Shown piece by piece: positions 9,671 through 18,638 of a stretch of DNA of 64,000 nucleotides. Source of the DNA: an uncultured Planctomycetales bacterium (GTDB lineage Bacteria > Planctomycetota > Phycisphaerae > UBA1845 > CAIVHJ01). Under the pieces are notes generated by a model. The model worked only from the letters and a program-made list of their open reading frames with translations, made no database searches and was not told the origin of the DNA. The stretch is taken from NCBI GenBank assembly GCA_964619935.1, contig CAZUGO010000014.1, positions 51,169-115,168 of the forward strand. The letters run 5' to 3'. The position numbers and the translations under genes are program-made. Every line of letters begins with the position of its first letter. Positions within the stretch are counted from its first letter, which is position 1.

Positions 9671-10434
9671 TCCGGGGTGGCGAAGGCATGCTCGACCCGT
9701 CCACCTGCGGACACGGTGCCACCGTTGGGAGGATCGCCGCCTGGGCGGTGCTGCTGTGCGCCAGCGCTGCCCCGGCGGTGCACGCCCAGCCACTGAACGA
9801 ACGGTGTCCGGTAATGACCGAGGAGCCGGTCGACCCCGCGATCACCGTGGTCTACCAGGGCAAGCCCGTGGCCTTCTGCTGCGACACCTGCCTGGAGAAG
9901 TTCAAGGCCAACCCCGACAAGTACCTGGCCCGTCTACCGCAATTCGCCGCCGCCGCCGCTGACGGCGCTGCAAACGGGCCGGCCACCGAGAAGCACTCGG
10001 CGGTGCCCTGGAGCGGGCGGGTTCATCCCGCCGTGGTTCATTTTCCGCTGGTTGGCATCCCCTTGGCCCTGCTTGGCTACCTGCTGTGGCTGATCACCGG
10101 CCAACAGTCGTTCGCCCGTGCCGACGTGGTTCCGCTGGCGGTCGGAACCCTCGGCGCCGTGACCGCCGTGCTCACGGGCGGCGTGGCCCACGATCACATG
10201 CGCTTCAGCGAAACCCTCCACGAAATCGTCGAGCGCCATGAGTTCTGCTCGACCACCGCCATGATCCTGGCCCTGGCGCTGTCGGCCCTGCGTGCCTGGC
10301 GCTGGAAGCGGCTGTCCGGTGGATGGCGGTGGGTGTACCTCTCCGGCCTGGGTGTGGCCACCATTCTGCTGGCCGTGACCGGCTACCTGGGCGGCAGCCT
10401 GGTCTTCGGCCCCGACCACCTGGCGTGGTCCTGA
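9667..10434 (+). CDS. membrane protein: N-terminal YHS-like module fused to a DUF2231-like 4-TM domain
   Basis: Its start overlaps the upstream stop (ATGA). Fourth copy of the module: CPVMTEEPVD...FCCDTCLEKFKANPDKY. This is followed by HPAVVHFPLVGIPLALL and further TM helices. Confidence 0.75.
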   Translation: MIRGGEGMLDPSTCGHGATVGRIAAWAVLLCASAAPAVHAQPLNERCPVMTEEPVDPAITVVYQGKPVAFCCDTCLEKFKANPDKYLARLPQFAAAAADGAANGPATEKHSAVPWSGRVHPAVVHFPLVGIPLALLGYLLWLITGQQSFARADVVPLAVGTLGAVTAVLTGGVAHDHMRFSETLHEIVERHEFCSTTAMILALALSALRAWRWKRLSGGWRWVYLSGLGVATILLAVTGYLGGSLVFGPDHLAWS

Positions 10435-10504
10435 AGGCACGCGCCTTCTGCGGCCGAATCGCAGCACGTTTGACGTCGCTCAGCACCCCGGCATAGCATG
10501 ACAC

Positions 10505-11980
10505 TTGGACATGGCAATCGACCTGATATACCGGCACTCGCTCGCGCTGCTCACCGACCTGTACGAGTTGACCATGGCCTATGGGTACTGGAAGGAGGGC
10601 ATTGCAGAGCGCGAAGCCGTGTTCCACATGTTCTTTCGCAGGAACCCCTTTCACGGCGGTTTCTGCATTGCCGCAGGGCTGGGCTACCTGGTCGAGTTCC
10701 TGAACCGCTTCCGATTCGATGGCGAGGACCTGCAGTACCTGGCCACCCTGCGCGGCAACGACACCCGCCCGCTGTTCGAGCAGTCGTTCCTTGACTACCT
10801 GGGGGCCCTGCGGTTTCACTGCGACGTGGACGCCGTTCCCGAAGGCACGGTAGTCTTTCCGCACCAGCCGCTGGTCCGCGTGCGCGGCCCGGTGATCCAG
10901 GGGCAGATCCTGGAGACCGCGCTGTTGAACGCGATCAATTTCCAAACCCTGATCGCCACCAAGGCGGCGCGGGTGTGCATGGCGGCCGGCGGACAGCCGG
11001 TCCTGGAGTTCGGTTTGCGTCGCGCCCACGGCGCCGACGGCGGCCTGGCGGTCAGCCGTGCCGCGTACGTGGGCGGATGCGCCGGGACGTCCAACGTGCT
11101 GGCCGGCAAGTTGTTCGACATTCCGGTGCGCGGCACGCACGCCCACAGTTGGGTGATGTCCTTCGCCGAGGAGTTGGAATCATTCGAAGCCTACGCCCGG
11201 GCCATGCCCAACAACTGCGTATTCTTGGTGGATACCTACGACACCCTCGAAGGCGTGCGCCGTGCCGTCCAGGTCGGCCACCAATTGAAGCAGCACGGCC
11301 ATCGCATGCTCGGGGTGCGGCTGGACTCCGGCGACCTGGCCTACCTGAGCATCGAGGCCCGCAAGATTCTGGATCAGGCCGGCTTCCACGATGCCGCCAT
11401 CGTGGCCAGCAACGACCTGGACGAACACATCATCGCCAGCCTCAAGCAACAGGGAGCCGCCATCAGCATCTGGGGCGTCGGCACCAAGCTGGCGACGGCG
11501 TTTGATGAACCGGCCCTGGGCGGCGTCTACAAGCTGACCGCCCTCCGCGAGCACGACGGCCCCTGGCAATACAAGCTGAAGCTCTCCGAACAGGCCGTCA
11601 AGATCTCGAATCCGGGGATTCAGCAGATCCGGCGCTTCCGTTCCGGCGGCGAATTCATCGCTGACGCCGTCTACGACATCGAGCTTGGGATCGCCGACGA
11701 CTGCATCATCGTGGATCCGCTGGACATGACCCGCCGCCGCCGCGTGGCGGTCGGCACGCCGTTCGACGACCTGCTGGTTCCGGTGTTCCGGTCGGGGTCT
11801 GCGGTCTACGAAGTGCCGCATCTCAGCGTCTCGCGCGATCGAGCCGCAGCCCAACTGGCCGGATTTCACGACGGCATCAAGCGGCGGACCCATCCACACC
11901 AGTACCCGGTCGGCTTGGAGAAGCGGCTGTTCGACTTGCGCACGCAACTGATCCTCAGCGCCCGTGGGGTCAGCGCATGA
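10505..11980 (+). CDS. pncB: nicotinate phosphoribosyltransferase
   Basis: 491 aa with [14 protein letters not shown] and [12 protein letters not shown] motifs. Confidence 0.92.
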   Translation: MDMAIDLIYRHSLALLTDLYELTMAYGYWKEGIAEREAVFHMFFRRNPFHGGFCIAAGLGYLVEFLNRFRFDGEDLQYLATLRGNDTRPLFEQSFLDYLGALRFHCDVDAVPEGTVVFPHQPLVRVRGPVIQGQILETALLNAINFQTLIATKAARVCMAAGGQPVLEFGLRRAHGADGGLAVSRAAYVGGCAGTSNVLAGKLFDIPVRGTHAHSWVMSFAEELESFEAYARAMPNNCVFLVDTYDTLEGVRRAVQVGHQLKQHGHRMLGVRLDSGDLAYLSIEARKILDQAGFHDAAIVASNDLDEHIIASLKQQGAAISIWGVGTKLATAFDEPALGGVYKLTALREHDGPWQYKLKLSEQAVKISNPGIQQIRRFRSGGEFIADAVYDIELGIADDCIIVDPLDMTRRRRVAVGTPFDDLLVPVFRSGSAVYEVPHLSVSRDRAAAQLAGFHDGIKRRTHPHQYPVGLEKRLFDLRTQLILSARGVSA

Positions 11981-12594
11981 TCGCCCTGGTCCTGGTTGAC
12001 ATCCAGAACGATTTCCTCCCGGGCGGACCGCTGGCGGTGCCCCACGGCGACGCCATCGTCGCGCCAATCAACCGCCTGCTGCCCGCCTATGATCTGGTGG
12101 TCGCGACCCAGGACTGGCACCCACCGAACCACGGCAGCTTCGCCGCGAACCATCCCGGATGCCAGGTCGGCCAGCTCATCGACCTGCATGGGCTCCCGCA
12201 ATTGCTCTGGCCGGTGCATTGCGTCCAGGACACCCGGGGCGCCGCTTTTCCGGACACGCTGAACGCCGGCCGCATCCAGGGCTGCTTTCATAAGGGAACC
12301 GATCCAACAGTGGACAGCTACAGCGGCTTTTTCGACAACGGGCACCGCCAGGCCACCGGACTGGCGGACTTCCTACGGGTCCACCAGGTGGGTGAGGTGC
12401 ATCTGGCCGGGCTGGCCACCGATTACTGCGTCAAGTTCACCGCTTTGGATGCCAGGGACCTCGGCTTCGAAACCGGGCTGCTCAATGCCTGCTGCCGCGG
12501 GGTCGAGCTGCACTCCGGAGACAGCGACCGAGCCATCCGCGACATGGTCGCCAGCGGTGTTCGCCTGCTGGGTGCCGGCCAGCCCACCGCATGA
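11977..12594 (+). CDS. pncA: nicotinamidase/pyrazinamidase
   Basis: Overlaps the pncB stop by 4 nt. [19 protein letters not shown] and [13 protein letters not shown] (catalytic Cys) mark an isochorismatase-like fold. Confidence 0.9.
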   Translation: MIALVLVDIQNDFLPGGPLAVPHGDAIVAPINRLLPAYDLVVATQDWHPPNHGSFAANHPGCQVGQLIDLHGLPQLLWPVHCVQDTRGAAFPDTLNAGRIQGCFHKGTDPTVDSYSGFFDNGHRQATGLADFLRVHQVGEVHLAGLATDYCVKFTALDARDLGFETGLLNACCRGVELHSGDSDRAIRDMVASGVRLLGAGQPTA

Positions 12595-12616
12595 ACTCGC
12601 CTCCACGCGGGTGGGC

Positions 12617-12668
12617 AAAAAAATGGCGCCCCAACCAGGAAAGATGTGCTCTTTTCCTAGGGGGCGCC
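12617..12668 (-). terminator. Rho-independent terminator (minus strand)
   Basis: Stem GGCGCCCC (12625-12632) pairs with GGGGCGCC (12661-12668), with inner AGGAAA/TTTCCT pairing. On the minus strand the hairpin is followed by a T7 run (plus-strand A7 at 12617-12623). Confidence 0.6.
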
Positions 12669-13034
12669 CTGGAGCAGACAAGTCCTAGAATAGCGGAGCC
12701 GCCGACCGAAAGTCAAAGCGCTGATTGGGATCCGGCGAGCGGCGGTCACCCATCGCGGACCCAACGGATCCTCAATCCCCCATTTCCGGGCCCGCTTCGT
12801 CCGAAAACCAGCCCGCAGTGGACTTAACTATTTGGGAACCATAGAATAACAATGGAGCCCGGGCAGCGACCGAGTCGCAACTGTTGAACTCTTGTGTGCT
12901 TGATCTCCTCACCTGTCCGGGCTCTTTTCTTGCCTCACTCTGACTCCAAGTCTTTGAGCCCCAAATCTTTTTATATCATGGAGACAGCGCCTGCCGGCCC
13001 CCGCGGTCCGCGGTTGGCGCCGGGAGTGTCCCGA

Positions 13035-13574
13035 CTACTCGACGATGGGCCCGATCGAGGCTTCGCCGGTATCGGCGTCGATGGTCAGGGTGATGGAAAT
13101 ACCGTCCAGGGCCAGCGTTACTGTGGCGTCCGTGGCCTGGTCAAGTTCACCGTAGATTCCGAACTTCAGTTCGTCGTCGCCGCCGATACCGACGTCGGAG
13201 ATGGTCACGCCGGCCAGGGCTTCGGCCTCGGCGGTTCCGAACTGGACCGCGTACGGCCCCCCGCTTACCGGGTGCGTGATCGGGGTCGCGGTGTCTGAGG
13301 CGGCAGCGAGGTGGTACGCGCTGATCGACTTGTTGAACACCACCACGCGAACGTCGTTGCGGTGGGCAATCGATTCAATCTGGGCGACCGCCAGATCCCC
13401 CTGCAACAGGTCGGCCGCGCTGCGGAGGATGCTCCGCTGGGTGTCGCCGGCCGTCGGGATGGCCAACAGGACGAAGATCGACAACAGCACGATGACGATC
13501 AGCAGTTCCAGCAAGGAGAACCCCGTTCGACGGGTTCTCCACGACGATGGGGTGATCGCGGACAGGGTGCACAT
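13035..13574 (-). CDS. prepilin-type N-terminal cleavage/methylation domain protein (GspH-like pseudopilin)
   Basis: ORF 13035..13676, start trimmed to MCTLSAITPSSWRTRRTG|FSLLELLIVIVLL. This is the canonical G-F-S-L-L-E prepilin motif. Confidence 0.8.
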   Translation of the reverse strand: MCTLSAITPSSWRTRRTGFSLLELLIVIVLLSIFVLLAIPTAGDTQRSILRSAADLLQGDLAVAQIESIAHRNDVRVVVFNKSISAYHLAAASDTATPITHPVSGGPYAVQFGTAEAEALAGVTISDVGIGGDDELKFGIYGELDQATDATVTLALDGISITLTIDADTGEASIGPIVE

Positions 13575-13745
13575 CACAGCGCTGTATCGGTCAGCACAAC
13601 CCGCCGCGTGATCAGGAGACCGGGACCCGGGCCCTTCCGGACGGGACCGCGGTCCCATAACCTCGCGCGCCGACAACGGCCACTTGCCCGGCCCCGGCTT
13701 GAATCATACCGTTGCCTGGAGAGCTGTCGACGGGAGACAACGTCC

Positions 13746-14234
13746 ATGTTCAAGAAGCGCCGAGCCGGCTTTACGATTGCCGAGGTCCTGGTGGCCTCGA
13801 TCATGCTTGCACTGGTGGTTGCTGCCGTCGGGCAGGCCGTGGCCGCCGCCCAGATGCAGTCACACGCGTCCCTCCGCCAGCAGCAAGCCGCCAGCTTGCT
13901 CGACGAACTGATGGAGGAAGTCCTGGCTCATCCCTACATCGACCCGCAGGGTGACACCACCATGGGGCCCGACACCGGCGAATCCGGTCGTCTCGATTTC
14001 GACGCCGCCGACGACTATCACGGCTTCACCGAATCCGCCGGTGCCCTGTATGACGCCGGCGCAGAACTGCTGCCGGCCGCCTTCCAACTGTTCAGCCGCT
14101 CGGTCAGCATGGTCAGCGGCACCACCGCGGTTTCGGGATTCGCGACCCCAGTCGCCGGGCTGACCATCACCGTGACCGTGCAGGACCAGAACAATCTCAC
14201 CTGGACGACCACCCGTTTCATGATGGAGCCGTGA
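13746..14234 (+). CDS. prepilin-type N-terminal cleavage/methylation domain protein (minor pseudopilin-like)
   Basis: Internal ATG of ORF 13311..14234. MFKKRRAG|FTIAEVLVASIMLALVV is a canonical prepilin leader plus hydrophobic helix. Confidence 0.8.
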   Translation: MFKKRRAGFTIAEVLVASIMLALVVAAVGQAVAAAQMQSHASLRQQQAASLLDELMEEVLAHPYIDPQGDTTMGPDTGESGRLDFDAADDYHGFTESAGALYDAGAELLPAAFQLFSRSVSMVSGTTAVSGFATPVAGLTITVTVQDQNNLTWTTTRFMMEP

Positions 14235-14237
14235 CCC

Positions 14238-14855
14238 ATGGATGCAGCGCGCAGACGTCGATCGAACGCCGGACCGCGCCGCCGGGCGCTAACCCTCATC
14301 GAGTTGGTCATGGGCATGGCCGGCACCGCCCTGGTGGCCTCGGCGCTGGCCGCGATGATGGAACTCACCGTTTACGGCAGCCGGGATATCACTGACCTGC
14401 ATCGCATGGTCATCCGCGAAAAGCGCGTCGGCGATCGCATGGCCGCCACCCTCCGCAGATCCCACTCGGCGCTCGCCAGCGGAACCGATTACCTGGTGCT
14501 GTGGGAAGGCGACACCAACGAGAGCGGCGGGCACAGCCTGTCCGAGCTGGTCCGCATCGAACGCGACGACGGCAGCAGCACGTTGTCTGCATACCAGGCC
14601 CCCGCCACGCTGGACCCGCTCGATGACACCGAGTACGTCCTCGGGACCTCCGACTTCAACATCGAGACGCTGGCGATCAAGGGCACCGCCAACTTCCCCG
14701 CCACCCTCTGGGCTGAAGATGTCACCGCCTGGACCCTCACCCTGAACCACGTCACCCCCCAGAATGCCACGTTGGTGTCCTACCGCCTACAAATCACGAC
14801 TCCCAATGTCACCGACACCGCCATCGGGGCAGCCGCACTCCGCAACCGGGACTAA
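14238..14855 (+). CDS. pseudopilin-like protein with non-canonical leader
   Basis: Lies 3 nt after the previous gene. N-terminus RRRALTLIELVMGMAGTALVASALAAMM is a prepilin-like helix with conserved Glu at +5, but Ala-Leu replaces Gly-Phe at the cleavage site. Confidence 0.65.
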   Translation: MDAARRRRSNAGPRRRALTLIELVMGMAGTALVASALAAMMELTVYGSRDITDLHRMVIREKRVGDRMAATLRRSHSALASGTDYLVLWEGDTNESGGHSLSELVRIERDDGSSTLSAYQAPATLDPLDDTEYVLGTSDFNIETLAIKGTANFPATLWAEDVTAWTLTLNHVTPQNATLVSYRLQITTPNVTDTAIGAAALRNRD

Positions 14856-15018
14856 CTAAGTCCGGGCAGGTGGGTGGACTCGGCCCCTTTGGAAGCGGAC
14901 GCCCTGCGCCTCGGGACGGTGTGGTTGAATTGGTCAACGTCCGCTCCCTGACGCTGCTCCTTGGGCATAAAGAAGTCGCAGGGGTCGGTTGGTATGCCAT
15001 GGTCGCCTCCAGGGGCGC

Positions 15019-16926
15019 CTAACGGGGGGTGGTCTCCGGCCTCGGCGGTTGGGAGATGGCGTTGAGCTGGACTTCGTAGTCGATGGCCCCGATGCACACC
15101 AGGGCGCTTTGTTTGTGCAGTTGCATGCGGACGACGCTGGCGACCTTGCCCATGGCGTCGACGTGCACCGGGTCGCCGGGTCGCAGGTTGTTGATCCACG
15201 CAACCCAGGCCTGGTGGGCGGCCCGCTGGTGGTCGAGTTGCCGCGACTTTTCCTGGTAGGATTCGGTGACGCGTTCGGCCTCCTGGCGGGCCGCCGCCGC
15301 CGACTTGCGGGCCTCCTCGGCCTGGCGGCGGGCATCCAGCGTGCCCTCGATGGCCCGCGACAGGGCCCGGTGCTGGTCGTCGATGTGCCGCCGGGCCGCC
15401 TGAACCACCCGCTCGGGCAGGCCCAGCCGCTGGGCGATGGCCAGGGCATTGCTGTTGCCCGGCTCACCCAGGCGCAGCACGTAGGTCGGCGCCAGGGATT
15501 CCAGATCGAATTCCACCGAGGCGTTGTCCACGCGCGCCAACGTATAGGCGGCGGCCTTGAGCTGCGACGAATGGGTGGTCACGATCGCGCTGCAACCAAG
15601 GTCCAACAATTCATCCAGGATCGCTTGCCCGATGGCCGCCCCCTCATCCGGATCGGTCCCGGCGCCCAGCTCGTCGATCAGCACCAGCGTGCCCGGGCCG
15701 GCGGCCCGCAAGATCCGGCAGATGTTGGTCAGGTGGGCGCTGAAGGTGCTCAGCGATTGCTCGATGCTCTGCTCATCACCAATGTCGATGAAGATCCGGC
15801 GATACAGCGGCATGATCGATCCGCGGTCCGCCGGAATGGGAATGCCCGACTGGGTCATGGCCGCCAGCAGCCCGACGGTTTTCAGCGACACGGTCTTGCC
15901 GCCGGTGTTCGGGCCGGTGATGACCAGAACGTCAAAGTCGTCGCCCAGCCGGATGTCGATCGGGACCACCGCCGTGTCAGACCCCTCGAACAGGTCGACC
16001 AGCACCGGGTGGCGGGCGCCGTGCAGATCCAGCAGCCCGTGGTCGCTGAGCCGCGGGCAAATCGCGGCCCGGCTGAGGGCGTACTTGACCTTCGCCGCCA
16101 GCAGGTCCAGCACGCTGCAGGCTTCGAGGGTCCGCAGAATGTCATCCTGCTGTTGATGGACCTGCCGCGACAGGGCCGACACGATGCGGCTGACCTCCTC
16201 CAGTTCCTTGACCTTCAGCCGAGCCACCGCATTATTCAGCTCGACGGCCTCCGACGGCTCAATGAACAAGGTGGCCCCGCTGTCGCTGCTGCGATGCACA
16301 ATGCCGGGGAGCCGGCCGCGGAACTCGGCCTTGAGCGGCAGCACCACGCGGTCGTTGTGAAACGTGGTGCTCGGATACTGCAGAATCTTCTGATACTTGG
16401 GCTGCCGCAGAATCCGGGTGAACACGGTGCCGGTCTCGTCACGCAAGGTCTCGATGCGCGAGCGGATGGCGGCCAGGCGCGGCGACGCCTCATCGCGGAC
16501 CGCCCCGCGCGAATCGATGGCTTGGTCGATGGTGTCGGCCAGCCCGGTGTGGTCGCTGACCCGGCCGACAAAGGCGCGAAGCAGCGAACGCTCGGCCGGA
16601 ACCCGCGCCAGCCAGCGACACAACAGGCCGGTGGCCGCCAGCGTGCACTGCACCTCCCCCAGTTCCTCGGGCTCCAGACCGCCCGGCTTGCCGGACCCCC
16701 GAACCAGCGGGCGAATGTCGCGCATCCCGCCGATCGGCGGCAGCCCCAGGTCAGGCTCGATGTCCATCAGCTCGCGGACCTGGTCCAGCCAGCGGCGGAC
16801 CTCCGGAGCGTTGGCGCTCGGTCGCAGGCGCTCCACCAACGAGCGCCCCAGCCCGCAAGCGCACTGGCGCGCCAGCGCCTGCCGGACGTGGTCGAATTCG
16901 AGCTTGGCCAGGGTCTGGTCATCCAT
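15019..16926 (-). CDS. mutS2: MutS2-family ATPase lacking a C-terminal Smr domain
   Basis: ORF 15019..17148, start trimmed to MDDQTLAKLEFDHVRQAL. Walker A ITGPNTGGKTVSLKTVGL, LIDELGAGTDPDEGAA and TTHSSQLK are present. The coiled coil and a KOW-like end (PGDPVHVDAMGKVASVV) are followed directly by the stop. Confidence 0.88.
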   Translation of the reverse strand: MDDQTLAKLEFDHVRQALARQCACGLGRSLVERLRPSANAPEVRRWLDQVRELMDIEPDLGLPPIGGMRDIRPLVRGSGKPGGLEPEELGEVQCTLAATGLLCRWLARVPAERSLLRAFVGRVSDHTGLADTIDQAIDSRGAVRDEASPRLAAIRSRIETLRDETGTVFTRILRQPKYQKILQYPSTTFHNDRVVLPLKAEFRGRLPGIVHRSSDSGATLFIEPSEAVELNNAVARLKVKELEEVSRIVSALSRQVHQQQDDILRTLEACSVLDLLAAKVKYALSRAAICPRLSDHGLLDLHGARHPVLVDLFEGSDTAVVPIDIRLGDDFDVLVITGPNTGGKTVSLKTVGLLAAMTQSGIPIPADRGSIMPLYRRIFIDIGDEQSIEQSLSTFSAHLTNICRILRAAGPGTLVLIDELGAGTDPDEGAAIGQAILDELLDLGCSAIVTTHSSQLKAAAYTLARVDNASVEFDLESLAPTYVLRLGEPGNSNALAIAQRLGLPERVVQAARRHIDDQHRALSRAIEGTLDARRQAEEARKSAAAARQEAERVTESYQEKSRQLDHQRAAHQAWVAWINNLRPGDPVHVDAMGKVASVVRMQLHKQSALVCIGAIDYEVQLNAISQPPRPETTPR

Positions 16927-17497
16927 GGCGAACGCACGCTTCCAGCAACAGGTACGGATACCGCGCGGGCTGGTGCACTGGGGCGGTTGGATTGGCGGCG
17001 AGCACCCGACCGTAATAGCCGCCGACCTGGTCGAGCCAGGACCGCACGCGCAAGCCCATGTACGGCTCGCAGACCGCTTGCAGGGCGGCCTGCAGATGGG
17101 CGGCGGCGGTCCGCCGCAGCCGCTGGACGCCTTGCAGATGGCCGACATGGAGCTTCAAGTGGCAGGCCGAGACCTGGATCAGGCCCTGCAGGAAGCGTCC
17201 CTGGGCGGCACGCTTATCGGTGAGCTGCCACAAGCCCTCCCAGGCTTCGTGGGCTTCCCACCAGTAACCATGATTATACAAATCGCAGCCGTACAGGTAA
17301 TCGGGGCTCCGCTGCCAGGCCTCGGGCGGATAGTAAGTCACCGGCGGTGGCGGCGAACCCGGAGCATGGTAACTGTGACCGTCGGGATGGGCCGTGGGAT
17401 GCGGGGCCCTTCCGGGAACAAACCGGTAGCTCGGAAAGGGAACGTCAATGTACCGCAGAGCGGAGAAGGTCATGGGCGCCCCCATGGGCGACAGCAC
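16919..17497 (-). CDS. DUF309 domain protein
   Basis: GCDLYNHGYWWEAHEAWEGLW...RFLQGLIQVSACHLKL matches the DUF309 pattern. The stop overlaps the mutS2 start by 8 nt. The start may be the internal MTFSAL at 17473. Confidence 0.7.
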   Translation of the reverse strand: MLSPMGAPMTFSALRYIDVPFPSYRFVPGRAPHPTAHPDGHSYHAPGSPPPPVTYYPPEAWQRSPDYLYGCDLYNHGYWWEAHEAWEGLWQLTDKRAAQGRFLQGLIQVSACHLKLHVGHLQGVQRLRRTAAAHLQAALQAVCEPYMGLRVRSWLDQVGGYYGRVLAANPTAPVHQPARYPYLLLEACVRHG

Positions 17498-17524
17498 CCC
17501 GCCGGCGCCAGCGGAGCACTGGAA

Positions 17525-17938
17525 TCAAAAACCCTCCTTGAGGTCTTCTTTCTCGTACTCGCGCAGGCCGTCGTCATCCCGAAATTTCCGCCACAATTGC
17601 CGCACACCCTGGTAGTCACGGACGTAGCGGTAGTCGTGCTCGATGGCCTTGTTGATCGGCCCCAACTCACCCCCGGTGCCGCCCAGATGGTCGCGCTGGA
17701 CTGCCCAAATGTGCACGCAGGCCTCGTCCTGCCCGTAGTGCTCGCGGGCCAACTGCAATGCCGTGGTCAAGTCCGGAGCGTGCAGGGCACCCGCGTGGAC
17801 ATGCGGCAAGCCGCGGCGCTTCTGGGTGAACACCTCGTAGACCCGTAAATCCTGCTCCGCAGGCAGAGGCTCATCGGCCGCACAAGCCGCTCCGATGCGG
17901 CGGGTTCTGGAAAGTGCCATCACTCTATCCCCGATCAC
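17525..17938 (-). CDS. paaB: 1,2-phenylacetyl-CoA epoxidase subunit B-like
   Basis: VYEVFTQKRRGLPHVHAGALHAPD...IWAVQRDHL parallels E. coli PaaB (LYEVFVRGKQGLSHRHVGSLHAAD). The start is uncertain because the N-terminal roughly 30 aa are not conserved. Confidence 0.8.
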   Translation of the reverse strand: MIGDRVMALSRTRRIGAACAADEPLPAEQDLRVYEVFTQKRRGLPHVHAGALHAPDLTTALQLAREHYGQDEACVHIWAVQRDHLGGTGGELGPINKAIEHDYRYVRDYQGVRQLWRKFRDDDGLREYEKEDLKEGF

Positions 17939-18079
17939 GCCTGGGCCGTGGCCGCACCGGGACGACGGACCCGAGGAATCCTATCACGGACCGCCGGCAA
18001 TCGACCGCCGGCAGAAGCATGGACTCCGCGCCCCACCGCCTGGGATCGTGAGGGGCCCACGGTGCGGGCCTTGGTCCGC

Positions 18080-18523
18080 TCAGCGGTTCTTTCCGAGCAT
18101 TTCCAGCCGGCGCTCGGCTTCGCGTTTGCGCAGCGAGCGCACCGCGACCAAGGCGGCCAGTTGTTCTTTCCGGGGCTTGGTCTTGCCGCTCTCCCAGTTA
18201 TAGATGGTAATGGGATGCACGCCGACCAACTCGGCATAACGAGGAGCAGACAGCCCCAGCTTCTTGCGATGGGCTTTGAGCCAGGCCGGCGAGAACCGTG
18301 CGCCTTCCGCCAGTTCCTCGGGAGCCTTGTGGGCCACCCGCCTGCGCTCCTGGCTGCGCAGAAAGGACACGTCTTTCTCCAGTGCCGAGAGCTTGCGTTT
18401 GAGTTCGGCGATATCACGCCGATGTTGCGTGGCGGCCCGCTTGGTGGTGGTCACCTGGGCCTTGATCTGTTTTCGCGATATCCTGGCGATCTCGTCCTTC
18501 ATGACTTGGGCGAGGTTGGGCAT
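18080..18523 (-). CDS. XRE-type helix-turn-helix protein with N-terminal coiled coil
   Basis: ORF 18080..18544, start trimmed to MPNLAQVMKDE, preceded by AAGGAGG. HTH segment LSAPRYAELVGVHPITIYNWESGKTKP. Confidence 0.7.
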   Translation of the reverse strand: MPNLAQVMKDEIARISRKQIKAQVTTTKRAATQHRRDIAELKRKLSALEKDVSFLRSQERRRVAHKAPEELAEGARFSPAWLKAHRKKLGLSAPRYAELVGVHPITIYNWESGKTKPRKEQLAALVAVRSLRKREAERRLEMLGKNR

Positions 18524-18638
18524 GGTGAGCCTCCTTCTTGGCAATCACACCGCCCGACGGCGTGGCGTCGGGTTGGGCAGATGATCAGACAATCCTCCTG
18601 CAGCAGCGCGGTTCCGGCGTTCCGGCGGATCCGCTCAC

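Noticed and set aside
12852-12863. Minus-strand CCGGGCUCCAU, which resembles part of the RNase P RNA P4 region (GUCCGGGCUCCAU)
   Set aside because: The flanking universally conserved elements (GAGGAAAGUCC on the 5' side and ACAGAACCCGGCUUA-like on the 3' side) are absent. An 11-nt match is insufficient.
14989-17223. 744-aa plus-strand ORF
   Set aside because: It is antisense to mutS2 and DUF309. The composition is Arg/Gly/Pro-rich and I recognise no domain.
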